Translations under genes and position numbers: made by a program | DNA from: the human T2T-CHM13v2.0 reference genome, Homo sapiens | Strand: one strand, 5' to 3' | Assembly (NCBI RefSeq): GCF_009914755.1 | Contig: NC_060935.1 | Length of the DNA stretch: 64,000 bases | Shown here: positions 28,030 to 60,743 of the stretch, in pieces | Layout: every line of letters begins with the position of its first letter | How positions within the stretch are numbered: the stretch's first letter is position 1 | Notes under the pieces: model-generated | Told to the model about the DNA's origin: nothing | Seen by the model: only the letters and a program-made list of their open reading frames with translations | Database searches by the model: none

Positions 28030-35055
<7,026 letters not shown>

Positions 35056-35294
35056 GTTTTATAACAAAACCATCACATGTTTTAAGTGTACAATTCCAAG
35101 TTTTTAAAGTATACTTACAGACAGCCATAATCACAATCTAATTTTGAAATAACCTTACCACTGTGGAAAAAGAAATTCATCTCTTTTGTATTTACTGATT
35201 TCATTACCCTGGTCATAGGCAATCATTAACCTGTTTTTATATATAAGCCTTTTATTAAAAGTTATTTTAAGTGAAATCATAAATTAAAAAGAAA
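35056..35294 (+). other. 3'-transduced segment 2 with ATTAAA and short A-tail
   Basis: Lies between the L1 A-tail and the 3' TSD (35295-35311); ATTAAA at 35254, A-rich tail from 35281. Confidence 0.8.
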
Positions 35295-35924
35295 AAGAGT
35301 TGTCCTTGCTCTACTGTCTAACACATGGTAATATAGGCCTTTTTAAATTTAGCTATTATGGTCAGTGTGTAGTAAGATCCTATTGTGTGGTTTTAATTCA
35401 TGTTTCTCTGGTGAATAATGAGACTGAGCACCATTCATATGTTTATTGGCCATTTTGATATCCATTATAAAATATCCGTTCAATTTCCTCACTTAATTTT
35501 CTGTTGGATTGTCTTTATTATTATTGATTTATGGGTATCCTTTCTATTCTTGATATAAGCCCTTTGTTGCTTATATGTTGGTTTTGCCTTGTAATAGTAG
35601 AGACTAGAAGTAAAGTTAAGCTATTTTGGTAGAAGAATGCTTAAAACCATTAGCTTTTGAAGTATTAGAGATGTCTAAAGCCCTGAAATGCTCTTTTGTG
35701 TTCATCTCAACATAAAATGCCAACATTATTTGAACAGACTAAAATACATACCAATAATGTAAACTAAATAAAATTCCTCATTTAAGTTATGAGAAATTCT
35801 AAGGGGACTTTGCAAATTCTGCATCAATAAAACTTTGATCACTAAGGACTTAAAGTAAGCACATATTTCAGTCAAGCAATGGAAAAAGTTGCTAAATACT
35901 CCACTGTGCTAGTGTCAGATGATT

Positions 35925-36740
35925 TTAGGATTTTTAGGATCACAATTAGTGTCCGCTCAAATATCACCTTATCAGAGATGCCTAAGCAACCAGTCCACAA
36001 TAGCACCTTCCTCTTCACTCCCTGCCCCTCATCTTGCCTTTTTTCATAGCACTTCACTATGAGACATTTTGTTGCTTGCCCTCCCTCCTTTAGAATGTAT
36101 GCTCCATGAAAGCAGGGGGTGTTTTCTATTTTTGTTTTTGTGGTAACCCAACACCTAAAATAGGGTCAGCACTAGTAGGCACATAAAAGACATGCAGAAG
36201 TATCTGTTGATTTGATTTAATAACATGGGGCTTCCTTCTATCTCTAAAATTCTACATTACTCTTTTAAGGAATTCCTAACCTCCAGAGTAACCAGGAGAG
36301 AAAATTCTCAACTCTTCTAGGAACTGGGCATGGGGAACCTAATCTGTGATGGAGGCCTTAAAAATCCTACGGGAAGCCACTGTTCTAGGTCTAGTGGTTT
36401 CCATCTTCTACTGCATTTTGACATCCACATCAGTACCATTCCTATCAAGACTACTGCCGATCTTCTAGTTGCTAATTAAATGCACATTCTGAAGTATTCA
36501 TCTTTCTTTCTTAATCTTGTTGTCTTGATACTCTTATGTTCTCTGGCTTCTATGACACTATACTCCGCTGATTCTCCTGCCACCCTCTGGCTACTGTTTC
36601 CCAGCCTGTTTCTAGGGTTCTCCCTCCTATTTCTGTCCCTTAAATATTAGTGTTATTTATTCATAAAATAAAATAAACATGTATTGAGCACCAACTATAT
36701 GGCAGTTCCTGTTCTAAACATGTCTTTGAATAAGATAGAC
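35925..36740. mobile_element. L2 fragments
   Basis: ctcaaatatcaccttatcagagatgcct, tagaatgtatgctccatgaaagcaggg, tattgagcaccaactatatg. Confidence 0.6.
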
Positions 36741-36769
36741 ACATAAGTAGTATGGTGAAAAAAAAAGAG

Positions 36770-37195
36770 GAAACTTCATCAATGGATGAATGGATAATCA
36801 GATTGTGATATATACATACAATGGAATATTATTCAGCCATTAAAAGCAGCTATGCCAAAAAAGGCCAAAAATTACTACAATGTGGATGAGCCTCAAAAAC
36901 ATGTTAAGTGAAAGAAGCCAAACACAAAAGGCTATATTGTATAATTCCATGTATATGAAATAGCCAAATAGGTAAATGAAATCCACTGAAACAATGTAGA
37001 TTGGTGGTTACCAGGGGCAGTGGGGAGGGAGAAACAAGGAGCAGTGGCTTAAGGAGTACAGAGTTTTCATTATGGATAATGAAACTATTTTGGAACTAGA
37101 TAGAGATGGTGGTTGCACAACATTGTGAATGTACTAAATGCCACTGAACCACTCATTTTGAAATGGTTAATTGTATGTGAATTTTATCTCAAAAA
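36770..37195 (+). mobile_element. L1MB-class 3' end
   Basis: catcaatggatgaatggata...tggaactagatagagatggtggttgcacaacattgtgaatgtactaaatgccactgaa. Confidence 0.85.
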
Positions 37196-37252
37196 CAAAC
37201 AAGAGGAGAAAAATTAATGATTGGAAATAAATGAACAAATAAGAAAATATCA

Positions 37253-39350
<2,098 letters not shown>

Positions 39351-39679
39351 GATGCCTGACATGAAGGATTCTTCAGGGCTCCATCTTTTAACTTCTTTTT
39401 TTCCTTTTACTTGCCTATCTTGGATAATTTCAGTCAATCTCATGGCCTTGTCATCTATAACTTCCAAGTCTGTCTCTCTGATTCAGACCTATATTCTGAG
39501 TCCTAGATTGACATATCTCACTGTTTACTTGAGTCTGTTTAAGTCTCAAGTCACCTCAAACTCATTATTATTCAAAATTGAATCCATTTTCTTCATTCAT
39601 AAACTAACTAAAAAATTTTATTGAAAACACACTGGCCCAGAATCTGTGCTAGAACCTGATGAATCAGAAATAAGTAAGA

Positions 39680-39990
39680 GGCCAGGAGCTGTGGCTCACA
39701 CCTACAATCTCAGGCCAAGGCAAGAGGGATTGCTTGAGCCCAAGAGTTCAAGACCAGTCTGGGCAACATAATGAGGCTCCGTTTCTATAAAAACTTTTTT
39801 AAAAAAGAGCTGGGTGTGGTGGTGTGTGCCTATAGTCCCACCTACTCAGGAGGCTGAAGTGGGAGGATCACTTGAGCCCAGGAGCTGGAAGTTAAGAGTT
39901 AGCTGTGGTTGCACCACTGTGCTCCAGCCTGGGCAATAGAGCAAGACACTGTCTCTAAATCAATCAATCAATCAATCAATCCATAAAAAG
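39680..39990 (+). mobile_element. AluJ-type with internal deletion and (AATC)n tail
   Basis: ggccaggagctgtggctcac...ggaggatcacttgagcccagg. Confidence 0.9.
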
Positions 39991-40099
39991 AAAGAAAGAA
40001 GATCTTACTCTTAATGGCTTCCTTTACCTTTTTCTCTTTCTCAGTAAATGGCATGAGTGTCACTAATCACTCAGGCCAGAATCTAGGAAGTCATCTCTC

Positions 40100-43130
<3,031 letters not shown>

Positions 43131-43977
43131 CCCCAAACACTACATAAAGTCCCATTCTTCCTACCAAAATGAAAATCAAAGAAGAATATAGCAACCACAG
43201 AACTGGAAAATTAAAGTACAGATTTCCCCAACAAAAAAAAATTACTTAATTTTTGTATGTGGCTTTTCAAAACGAAGAATTGTAAAATTATCTGATGTTG
43301 TCCTTTATTCTTTAGCCACAGATTTTTATTTTTTTTTAAATAAGCACTAAACAGGTCACAAACAATTAAATAGCATTTTCATGTCACCATGAAGGGTGGA
43401 ATTGGGGCACTTGTCCCTGATACTTTCTTCTCTGTGATAAGACAAACAAGATACATGCCAGCATCAAGCCTTCCCTACTAGGGAGCCACCTCCACCCCAA
43501 GACACATCATGCAGCCAGCCCTCTCACCTGGCTAACTCCAAGCATTGATTCTCCCTGTCAAAGCCAATCCTTATTTTCTTCTCTATAAACTGTCTAGTGC
43601 AATTCCACTATAATCTTTACTTTAGCTTTTTGGAGTTGCCTATTTTCAAATGAAAATCATTGGCTTTGCAAATGATTGCAGCATGTTTTAGGCAGGTTCC
43701 ATGGTGAGTGCATTGTCCCTGCATTTGCAGTTGGACAATATAACACTCATTTGTAGAGCTTTTTAATGTAATGGTGCTGTGATGTCTTACTTAGTTCCTT
43801 GAGGATTTCATTAGTGGTAACTGAATTACACTAGTAGTGGGAATTCAGCCCAGGATGTATTCTTTCATTAAGAGCTGCGGTGTTTGACAGTATGTCAGGG
43901 ATGAAGCATGCCTGGAAATGGGAAGATTTTTTAAAGCTCTGTATTCCTCACTCACTTTTCTTTCTTTCTCTCTTTAG

Positions 43978-44154
43978 TCTCCCCCAGATATGTCCTTCCC
44001 AGCATCTTTGGCTGCACAGCATTTCCTTCTGGAAGAAGAGAAACGAGCAAAAGAACTTGAAAAACTTCTAAATACACATATTGATGAACTGCAAAGACAC
44101 ACAGAATTTACTCTTAATAAATACTCCAAGCTAAAACAAAATAGACACATATGA
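43978..44154 (+). CDS. DEUP1: DEUP1 terminal coding exon SPPDMSFPASLAAQHFLLEEEKRAKELEKLLNTHIDELQRHTEFTLNKYSKLKQNRHI*
   Basis: Long polypyrimidine tract then ttag|TCT; TGA at 44152-44154; recognised DEUP1 C-terminus (CEP63/DEUP1 family motif FLLEEEKRAKELEKLLNTHIDEL). Confidence 0.95.
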   Translation, partial: SPPDMSFPASLAAQHFLLEEEKRAKELEKLLNTHIDELQRHTEFTLNKYSKLKQNRHI

Positions 44155-44990
44155 GCTTTTAAACTTTTTTATTTGCTTCCCCCCCCCCCACCCCCACCAA
44201 GAAAAAAAGCTCTGGCAAAATATTTACAAAGCTGATTAATGAAACCAAGAAATTCTGTTCTGTTTCCTTGAGTAAATAATTTCCGTAAGGCAGCTAGAAA
44301 ATAGTAAGTATTTTGTTCTATAAAGCTGTTCACATTTCTGCATTAACATGCTAAATTGTCCTGCTGTAGAGTTACTACAAAATAAACATGACTATTCCAA
44401 AAGAGATTTTTTTCCAGTCTAAGGAATATTTTGGAATCAAATATGCAGTTTTTTTTCCCCACTTGAATCATGTATACTGAAAACCCATTTCCTCAGCAAC
44501 TACACAAAATAAGAGAAAGGGAAGTGCTATATTCCAGATACAAATGACTCAAAGGCAGCTCAGTTGTACTGGTTTTGAAAACTCAAGGATTTTATAAATA
44601 AAAATATTTAAGTATTTCCAGTTATGTAAACACTCTAAAATTCTATAATTTTTTGGAAAAAAAAAGCTATAGCTTTATTGTTTTTACATTCACCTTTATA
44701 ATGTCTGTCTGTTTCAACACAATGAAGGTATATGGAATGTGCAATTTACAAACCTAAAATATATGTGCCAAAAATTAACGCTTTTTTGTTAGTACTAATT
44801 ACTTCATGGACACAAACAAGATAAAGGAAATATAAAGCATTACTGTTGCTACATTTTCCTTTGTAATCACTTCTGTTTTTAATACAATAAAGGAATGTAA
44901 AATTCAATGGACTTGAAGCATAAATGCTAAATCTGTATAGAACAGTAATAGCATGGCTGTGAACAATAAAACAGAGTTACAAATACACAG
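44155..44990 (+). terminator. DEUP1: DEUP1 3' UTR with several candidate polyadenylation signals
   Basis: AATAAA at 44381, 44597, 44886 and 44965; the true 3' end cannot be fixed from sequence alone. Confidence 0.65.
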
Positions 44991-45021
44991 CAATAATACA
45001 ATATACTTTAAGAGTTTCACA

Positions 45022-45045
45022 TATGTGTGTGTGTGTATATATATG

Positions 45046-45076
<31 letters not shown>

Positions 45077-45084
45077 GTATATAT
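45022..45084. repeat. Compound microsatellite (TG)n(TA)n(TC)n(TA)n
   Basis: Direct reading. Confidence 0.9.
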
Positions 45085-45533
45085 GAAGAGAGATTATGAA
45101 AGAAGGTAAGTCCTACTACAGCTTTTACAGTTTTCTATTTCCCTTTAAAGAAACAATCTCATCATACTGAAAGATAAACCAAAATGCCATTAGATACCAA
45201 GTGTCATTTTCATGTGAAAAATGCAGAGCATTGTAGACTTCAGATGACATGACCACATGTGTTTGTATAGCTCTGGACGTTTGAAGAAAAGAAAAGATGT
45301 ATTTGTATAGCTCTTGAGGTTTGTCTTAGTTCAGCCCGCTATAGCAAAAATACCATAGACTGGGTGACCTAAACAACAAACATTTATCTCTCACAGTTCA
45401 GAAGGCTGGGAAGTCCAAGATCAAGGTGCCAGCTAATCTGGTGTCTGGCGAGGGCCCACTTCCAGGCTTGTTGACAGCCACCTTCTTGATGTATCTTCAC
45501 ATGGCAGAGAGGAAGTATCTCTCTCAGTTTCTT

Positions 45534-51660
<6,127 letters not shown>

Positions 51661-51780
51661 TCTCGTTTCTTCTTTATAAGGCTGTAATCCCATTGATGAA
51701 GGTGTCTACCCTCATGATGTAATTACCTCCTAAAGGCCCAATTTCCTAATACCATCACAATGGAGGTTAAAATTTCAATA

Positions 51781-52103
51781 CAGTCATGTATCACTTAATG
51801 ACAGGGATATATTCTGAGAAATGTCTTGTTAGGCAATTACATTGTGCAAACATCATAGAGTGGACTTATACAAACCTAGATGGCACAACTACTACACACC
51901 TAGGCTATATGGCATAGCCTATTGCTCCTAGGCTACAAACTTGTACAGTGTGTTACTGTACTGAATGCTGTAGGTAATTTTAACACAATGGTAAGTATTT
52001 GTGTATCTAAATATAGAAAAGGTAGAGCAAAATATGGAATTATAATATGGGAACACCATCATACATTAGGTCCATTGAAATATTATTATGCAGTGCATGA
52101 CTC
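51781..52103. mobile_element. Tigger3a/MER7A-like non-autonomous DNA transposon
   Basis: TA|cagtcatg ... catgactc|TA terminal inverted repeats with TA TSD. Confidence 0.88.
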
Positions 52104-53369
52104 TATAAATTTTAGGTGGGCACACACATTCTGTCCACAACACCTTCCCATAGGATTATTCATTTAAACTCGAAATGAGCCTGTGAGGTCACCAAGCCTG
52201 ATATCCTTGTCCCTGGGAATCAGAGCTGTTAAGAAACTTACTCAGAATCATGGTAAATGGGAGAATCAGAAAGGAAACCCCTGGTCTTCTGATTCCTGGC
52301 TCTAGCTCTTATTACTTCCCAGTATCACTTCTTGTAAACAAGCAGATGGTGAACAAAGTTGCATCCACAGAAGCCAGATTTGATGACAAAACATCAGAAG
52401 GTCCAAAGCCATTAGTGTACTCACAAAATCTCCATGTGGAAAAATAATAGAATTATGATACCTTCAAATTATTTAGTAATTGCTAGCCTAGACATGAGGA
52501 AAATATTGTTCAGTGTTATCTTTAGAAAACAGGAAGAAGTATGTTTAGGAAAAAGGCATTCCATAAACAAATTTGAAAACCTTAATATCCCTAATACAAA
52601 CAATGAAAAAGTTTCAATATACATATCTTGATAATCCCCTAAGTCAGGATGACATTTCATTCTCTTCAGGGTAAAGATACAATTGAAAATTGTTTGTTGA
52701 AATAAAGATCTAGGCTACAATAGTCTCAGAACTTAGCAGAGTCAAGACAGCATGAGTTTGGACTATGTCCAGAACTAACGGTAAATTTGCCCCTATGGCC
52801 TATTAATACTTAAGTCCATATACAGACTTCTTTTAAATTACTATTTCAGCATTCCACTTGATACTAACTTTCTTAAAATTGTGGTTTTCGATATGCTTTG
52901 CTTAAGAACAGGATTCAGTGTTCAAAAGGAATCATATGCTGAAGTCCAACATCGATATACCGTAATCAAGATAAAAGGCAAGTAGTCCTTGTTGAATGTT
53001 GAAAGGAGGTAGTGAGGCCAACCCGCCCTCTCTACTCCCCATCTCTATTCCCCTCTCTTCCCCTTCTGCTCACCATAGGCCAAAGGCATGGCCATGGAGC
53101 AGCTTCCCTAGATGTTGTGGAGGGGGCCTGAAGGAGAGGCAGATTTGCTTGGTTATTACCTTAGCACAGAATACATTTTCCTGCAGAAACTGTTTCATGG
53201 ATACTGGTTATAACCTCCACACCAAAAGCAGGGTTTCAAACAGGGAAGCCTTCAGCAGGGCCAAGCATAGAACTAAGGAGATCCTCAGAGCTACCTCGCT
53301 GACCCCAGGACCGGACTAGAAATGTTTAGGTCTTAAAGGTGCTCTGTACAATAGGACAAGTTAGACCTG

Positions 53370-53535
53370 TTGGAGACAAAGTTCTCCATGCCTTGGCACA
53401 GTGACCTTAACAAAGCTTCCATTTCCTTATCTATAGAACAGGCATAATACTACTACCTACCTCGGAGGATTGTTGTGAGGATTAGAGGATGTAATGTACA
53501 TAATGTGGTTAGCATGGAGCTTGGCACAGTCAGTA
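53370..53535. mobile_element. MIR
   Basis: tactacctacctcggaggattgttgtgaggattagagg. Confidence 0.65.
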
Positions 53536-53689
53536 CTCAGTACATGCTAGCTGTTGGCATTTGCCATCCTTGCCCTCTGAGGCATTAGGTCTGAACTCCG
53601 AAGACAAAGCACATCCTCAAGGAACAATACTATCATTTTTTGGGGACCATGTGACAGCCACCATACATAAGTTAATCATTAACAGTTTT

Positions 53690-56285
53690 CTTAAAAAGAA
53701 TTACACACCATAAAACTCACCCATTTAAAAGGTATATTTCAATGATTTTTACTAAGTTTACAGAGTTGTGTATCCATTGCCACAACCCAATTTTAGAACA
53801 TTACCTTCACTCCAAAAAGATCCCTAATGCCTGTTTTTAGTCACTCCCTGTTCCTATGCCCAACCCCAGGCAGCTACTAAACTACTTTCTGTCTCTACAG
53901 ATTTACCTGGACATTTTACATAAATGAATTCATATGTGGGTTTTTTTTAATCTTAGCATAATGTTCTCAAGATTTGTATTGTAGCATATATCAGTATCTT
54001 GTTCTTTTTTTATTGCTTAGCAGTATTCTGTTGTATGAATAAACCACGTTTCATTTATCTATTTCACCAGTTGATGGACATTTGAATTGCTTCCAGTTTA
54101 GGGCTATTATGAATAAAGCTGTTATGAATACACAAGTCTCCATGGGGACATATGTTTTCATATCTATTGAATCATTTCCTAGGAGTAGAATTTCTGAGTT
54201 ACATGGTATATTTATGTTTAACTTTGAAAAAAAATTTTTAGTGTGTATAAAAGAATATTTCATTCTGGTTTTAATTCTCATTTCTCTAGTGGCTAATGAT
54301 GTTGAGCATCATTATGTGTGCTTATTGACCATCCACATCTATTCTTCAGTGAAATGTCTATTTAAATCTTTCGCCAATTTTATAATTAGGTTATTTCTCT
54401 TGTTGAGTTATAAAAATTCTTTATATATTAGATATTAATCCTTTATCAGATATAAGATTTGCATATATTTTCTCCCAGTCTGTGACTTGTCATTTTCTTA
54501 ATGGTGTCTTTTGAAGCAAATAAGTTTTAAATTTTGATAAAGTACACTTCATTAGTTTTTTTATTTTACGAATTATGCTTTTAGCATCATATCTAAGAAA
54601 TATTTGCCCAATCCAAGTCACAAAGTTATCCTTTATATTTTCTTCTAAAATTGTTATAGTTTTAAGTTTTACATTAGATCTAGAGTCCATTTTGAGTTAA
54701 CATTTTTGTATGGTGATAGGGTCTAGATTCATCTTTTTACCTGTGGATATCTAATTGTCCCAGCACCATACGTTTCAAAAAAAAAAAACATTCTTTTTCC
54801 CCTTTAAATTGTTTTGGACCTTTGTTGAAAAATCAATTGGATATAAACATAAGGGTTTATTTCTGGACTCTTAATTCTCTTACATTGACCTATATGTTAT
54901 TCCTTATGCCAGTACCACACAATCGTACTTACTGTAGCTTTGCCAGAAGTTTTGATATTGGGAAGTGTAAGTCCTCCAACTTTCAAAATGATTTTGACTA
55001 TTTTGGGTAGTTTGATCAGCTTGTCAGCTTGTCAATTTTTGTAAAAAAAAAAGTAATAATAATAATAATAGTAAGCCTGCTGAGATTTCTATGGAGATTA
55101 AGACGGCAGTCCTCTCCAAAATGACCTATACTGAATCTCAGTTTGGGCGGCATTGCCATCTTAATAATATTGAGTCTTCCAATTTGTAAACATGAAATTT
55201 CACATTTTTTCCATTATTTAGTTCTTCTTTAATTTCTCTTAGAAATGTTTTAGTTTCCAATGTATAATATTATGCTTCTTTTGTTAAATTTATTCCTAAA
55301 TATTTTATTTGATTTGATGCTGTTACTAATGAATTGTTTTCTTAATTTCATTATTGGATTGTTCATGGTTAGTATATAGAAATACAATAGATTTTTGTAT
55401 ACTAGTTTTGTATTCTGTGACCCAGCTGAGCTCATTTATTCTAGTAGGGGTGTGTGTGTGTGTGTGCGCGCGTGCGCGCTCCTCGGAATTTTCTGCATAC
55501 AGGGTCATGTTGTCTTTACGTAAAGACAGCTTTTTTACTTCTTCTTTCCATTCTGGGAACATTTTCTTTCTTTTCCTTACCTGACTGCACTAGCTAGAAA
55601 CTCCAGTACAATGTTAAATAGAAGTGGCGAGAGCAGACATGTTTGCCTTGTTCTTGATCTTAAGAGAAAGCTTTTAGTCTTTCATCATTAATTATGATGT
55701 TAGCGACAGGTTTTTTGTAGATGCTTTTTATCAAGTTGCAGAAGTTCTCATATAGTCCTAGTTTATTGAGAGTTTTTATGATTGGCCATTAGATTTTGTT
55801 AAATGCTTTTTCTGTGTCTGCTGAGATGATCATGGGGTTTTTGTCCTTTATTAATATAGAATATTATATTAACTTTTAAAAGGGATAAACCAATCTTATG
55901 TTTCTGGGATAAAGCCTACTTGATCGTGATGTATAATTCCTTTTATATGTTGCTGGATTTTGTCTGCTTATATTTTGTTGAGAATTGTGTCTATATACAT
56001 GAGGGATATTGGTCTCTAGTTTTCTTGTCATGTCTTTGTCTGGCTTCGGTATCAGGGTAATTTTTGCCTCATAGAGTGAATAGTGAAGTTTTCCCTACTC
56101 CTCTGTTTTCTAGAAGAGTTTGTATTATTTATTTAAATGCCAATGAAATTCACTAGTGAAGCTATCTGGTCCGGGCTTTTCTTTGTGGGAAAATTTTAAT
56201 TATTACTTAATATCTTTCCTTGTTATAGCTCTGTTCAGATTTTCTATTTCTTCTTGAGTCCATTTTGGTGATCTGTGTCTTTTAA
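53690..56285 (-). mobile_element. Old antisense L1M (L1MB/MC-like) ORF2/3' UTR fragments with a (TG)n(CG)n tract at about 55450-55478
   Basis: ORFs 54051..54281, 54490..54690 and 55250..55562 give L1 ORF2-like peptides. Confidence 0.85.
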
Positions 56286-57026
56286 ACTTGATTTGACCTT
56301 TATAATAACCTTGAAAGTAAGAATTAGGCCTATTTTATTTTGAGACTTAAAAGACTGAGTGATAGTATTCCAAGATCAAGTATCTGGAAAATGGCCAGTC
56401 TGTGGAGTGCTAACATCTGTGCTGCTTCCACCAGGCCACACTGCCTCTAGCAGACATAGGGCTTCTTGAAGGAAAAGGTGACTCCTCACTGCACCACCAA
56501 GGCTGCCACCAAAAACAGCCTTCTTTTGTGGGTGTCCTAGTTCAAGTGTTTTTGTTTGTTTGTTTTGTTTTTCCTCAATGACTTGTGCCTCCTGGGAGTT
56601 CCAAATGCTGGCAACAGGGAAGCTAACAAAACCCAAGCCTGCTTCTGCCCAAAGACCAGAGTTCTCCTCACTTGAAAGCCCCCTTGAAAACTGCTGCCTT
56701 AGGAGCCCCAGCCTCCTGGGAAAGCACCCAATGATAAGCGCTGTACTTAATTCAGATGGACACGTTTTCCTCCCTTGCCTGCCAAGGAAAGGAAAAACAA
56801 AATGCCAAAGGACCAAGGTGTGGTTTGCAATGAACCACACTTGTTTTGATATTTACTGCTGACAACTGATGACCAAGACCTCTGCTAAATAAGAGGAGCT
56901 CAGATGCGTTGACTTCCCAAATGTTGTTTACTCACACAGAAATGAAATGGCTGCTCCCTCAACAGGAGGAACCCATCCAAGATCAAACTTACCGGCTCTG
57001 TGGGTTTCACATAAAATGAAAAATTA

Positions 57027-57717
<691 letters not shown>

Positions 57718-59812
57718 TTGCCTGAAAAAATTATTATGTAACATAGGGCCAACAGGCTTTTTTGTACTTGAGGTATGCACGACAGATCTCCCTTCATTAC
57801 AAAATTGTATACATTAAATTGATAAAACAGAAAAGAACTGAGCTATCATTCTTCCCATTTGGTATGATTTCTTTTGGTTTTTGTTTGGTTGGTTGGTTAT
57901 AAAAACAACATTGCAGCTTGGAAATTCTTCCTTTTCATCAGCTTGAGGAAAATCTTCCAAAAGTCAGTGCTGATTGAGCTGAAACCTTTTCTAATCCTAA
58001 ATATATCCGTTGGTCATGATAAATTATTTCATGAATCATTACCAAGGAATTTTGATAGATAAAATTATGAGTAATCAAACTAAAACAGTTCTTTGGCTTC
58101 AGATAAAATGTTTGCTATATATAAAGTTTACTTCATAACCAAAGTTTTTATATTAACAAGAGTTGCACCCAAGAATTTGGGGAGAGTATATATCCATATA
58201 CGTGTGTGTATTCATTTATGTGCATATATATGTATATAAATAAATATATATATATACAAAACCCTGAAAATAATCAATAAAACATGAATCGAGAACTGTC
58301 CCAGAGCTTGGAAAACAAACATATATCAGTCAGTCATTATTTTTAATATTGAAAATATGAGTACTTAAGAATAGATAGGATTTAATGGCCAAACGTAATA
58401 GCCGTATTTTGGAGAAAATACGTTTATTTTATTGAAGATAGTATGCTAAATGTATAAGGCACCCAAAGTTTTGGGGAGAATAAAACTTTAGATATATAAA
58501 GATTTAAAAATTCTCAGATGAGAGTGAGATTAAACCAGAAGCTGAATTTTGAGTTGGACCATAAAGGATGAGTTGGAAAAGAAGTGAAGGAAGAAGAAGC
58601 TAAGTAAACGGATGTTCTCATGTGCTTGCTACCTGGCTCATCATTCGTTCCACAGAATTCACTGAGAACCCACCAAGGGTCAGACATTGGCCCAGATGCT
58701 AGATGATAGCCCACAATCCTGAATAAACATGGATAGTGTGGTCCAATGTTATGTTCATTGGTTAGTTTACCAGTCGACATAGCTGTTTTCTACTTAGATA
58801 TTCACAAATAAGTTTTAAATAATTTTAAAGATGGTCTTAAGTTGTCAGCTTTACAGAGTTTGTAGCAACACTTTCATGTTTGGATGGAGGTGGAGGAGAT
58901 GAAGGAAGTGGGAACAGGTTCACCTCATTAGTTTGCCATTTCTTTCACTCAGTTCAGCAGTCAGGTCAAAAAGCATTTCTTGACTGTCTATTGCAAGCCA
59001 GGCTGTGCTAGGTTTTAGAGGTATGAAGTTGAGTCAAAAACAATTCATGCTCTCAAAAAGTTCCCAAATGAGTGTCAGACACCTATACAGATCATTAAAA
59101 AACAACATGCAATATTAAAAACATGTGCACAGCATTATGGAAGCTCAAACGAAGATACCTAACCCAACTTGGGGGGGCAGGTAGCAGTGTGTGTATTAGG
59201 AGAGGGTGGAAAATAGGAGTTATCTAAAAAAGGCTCCCCAAGGAAATGATGTCTAGCTGAGTTTTAGAGGCTCAACAGCAGTTAGCATCAAGGGATAGGA
59301 GGGATTGACTTCACAGGCATGTGACACAGGGTCTTGTGCTCAGAAGGGCTTGGTTGAATGCTCTGCTCTTGACATCTTGAACTTAATAATTTTCAAAGCC
59401 AGGTCCCTGCATTTTTATTTTGCACTGGGCCCTGCAAATAGTCTACCTGCTCCCGAAGATAGGGTAAGGATGGGAAGCAGATAGTGCTTTTGATTATATC
59501 TGTCCCACGGCTTCATAAAGTCATGAACAGGCTATGGGACAAACATAATCAAAACTGTGACATGGAACTCCTGATACAAGTGCCTTTCTTTCATGTTTCT
59601 CTGTTCCCTCTTAGGCCACATTTTCTCAAGTTGCATTTACCCCCCAACATACATACACTTATTCTTCCTGCTAAGTACAACTAAAATCTCTGGACTTATA
59701 TATGAAATAAACACAAGATGACTGAAAGATAGAGAGAGAAGGAAGACTGGCTAGAACCCTCAGGAGCAAAAAAACAAGCTGGTGAGTTTCCTGGATTTTC
59801 TTTTTGCCTCAT

Positions 59813-60278
59813 AATTATGGCTTGAATTGTGTTCTCCCAAAATTCATATGTTGCTGTCTTAACCCCTAGTGCCTTAGAATGTGACCTTATGTGGAAATAG
59901 GGTCACTGCAGATGTATTAGTTACTAAAACGAGGTCATTTTGGAGTAGAGTGGACCCTTAGTCCATTCTGACTAGTGTCCTTATAAAAGGGGGATATTTA
60001 GACACAGTTGCACCCAGGGAGAACACCATGTGAATGTAAAGGTAAATATCAAGGTGATGCTTCCACAAGTCAAGAAGCATCAAAGATCACCAGCCAACCA
60101 CCAGCAGCTGGGAGAGAGGTCTGGAACAGATTTTCCCTCACAGCAATCAAGAGGAACTAATCTACTGACACCTTGACTTTGGACTTCCAGCCTCCAGAAC
60201 TGCAAAGCTATACATTTCTGTTGTTTGAGCCACCCAATGTGTAGCACTTTGTTACAGCTGCCCTAGGAAACTACTACA
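59813..60278 (+). mobile_element. MaLR solo LTR (MLT1-type)
   Basis: ttatggcttgaattgtgttctccc...cagcctccagaactg...ttgttacagctgccctaggaaactactaca; 5-bp TSD ctcat. Confidence 0.9.
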
Positions 60279-60743
60279 CTCATACATCCCAGACTTGGAG
60301 CTGAACAAACTGGCAACAGGCACAGACAGAAAAGGCCCCATCAAAAGCCTGCTCTCTCTTGGCAAGGACCGAGAAAGGGGCAGCACAGCCAGACAGAAAA
60401 CTTACAGATAAGAACCACTAAAATCCAGCCAACCACCCCCAAAAAAGCTGTTGGCCACACTAACACCCACACCAGCAAAGGCAGAGGGAGAGCCTAGACT
60501 TCTGCCCTCTCTTCAAACACATAGCAAAGTGGCATCGCAGAGGGCTGAGTAGGGCAAAAGAACTCTCATCCATGCCAGCAGGTGATGCAATGTACACCTC
60601 TGCAGCATCAGTACAGATTATGTGGGTATCTCATACAAGGCAGGAACAGGCAACTCTACCCCTCACCCCTAGGGTGGGGCAGTGGAGGCCTGGTGGAGAG
60701 TCAGAATATTCACCTGAGCTTAGCGGTAAAAAGGACCCTTCTG

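Noticed and set aside
56376-56862. Overlapping 154-aa (-) and 100-aa (+) ORFs in unique-looking sequence
   Set aside because: No recognisable domain, splice pattern or coding bias; probably chance ORFs.
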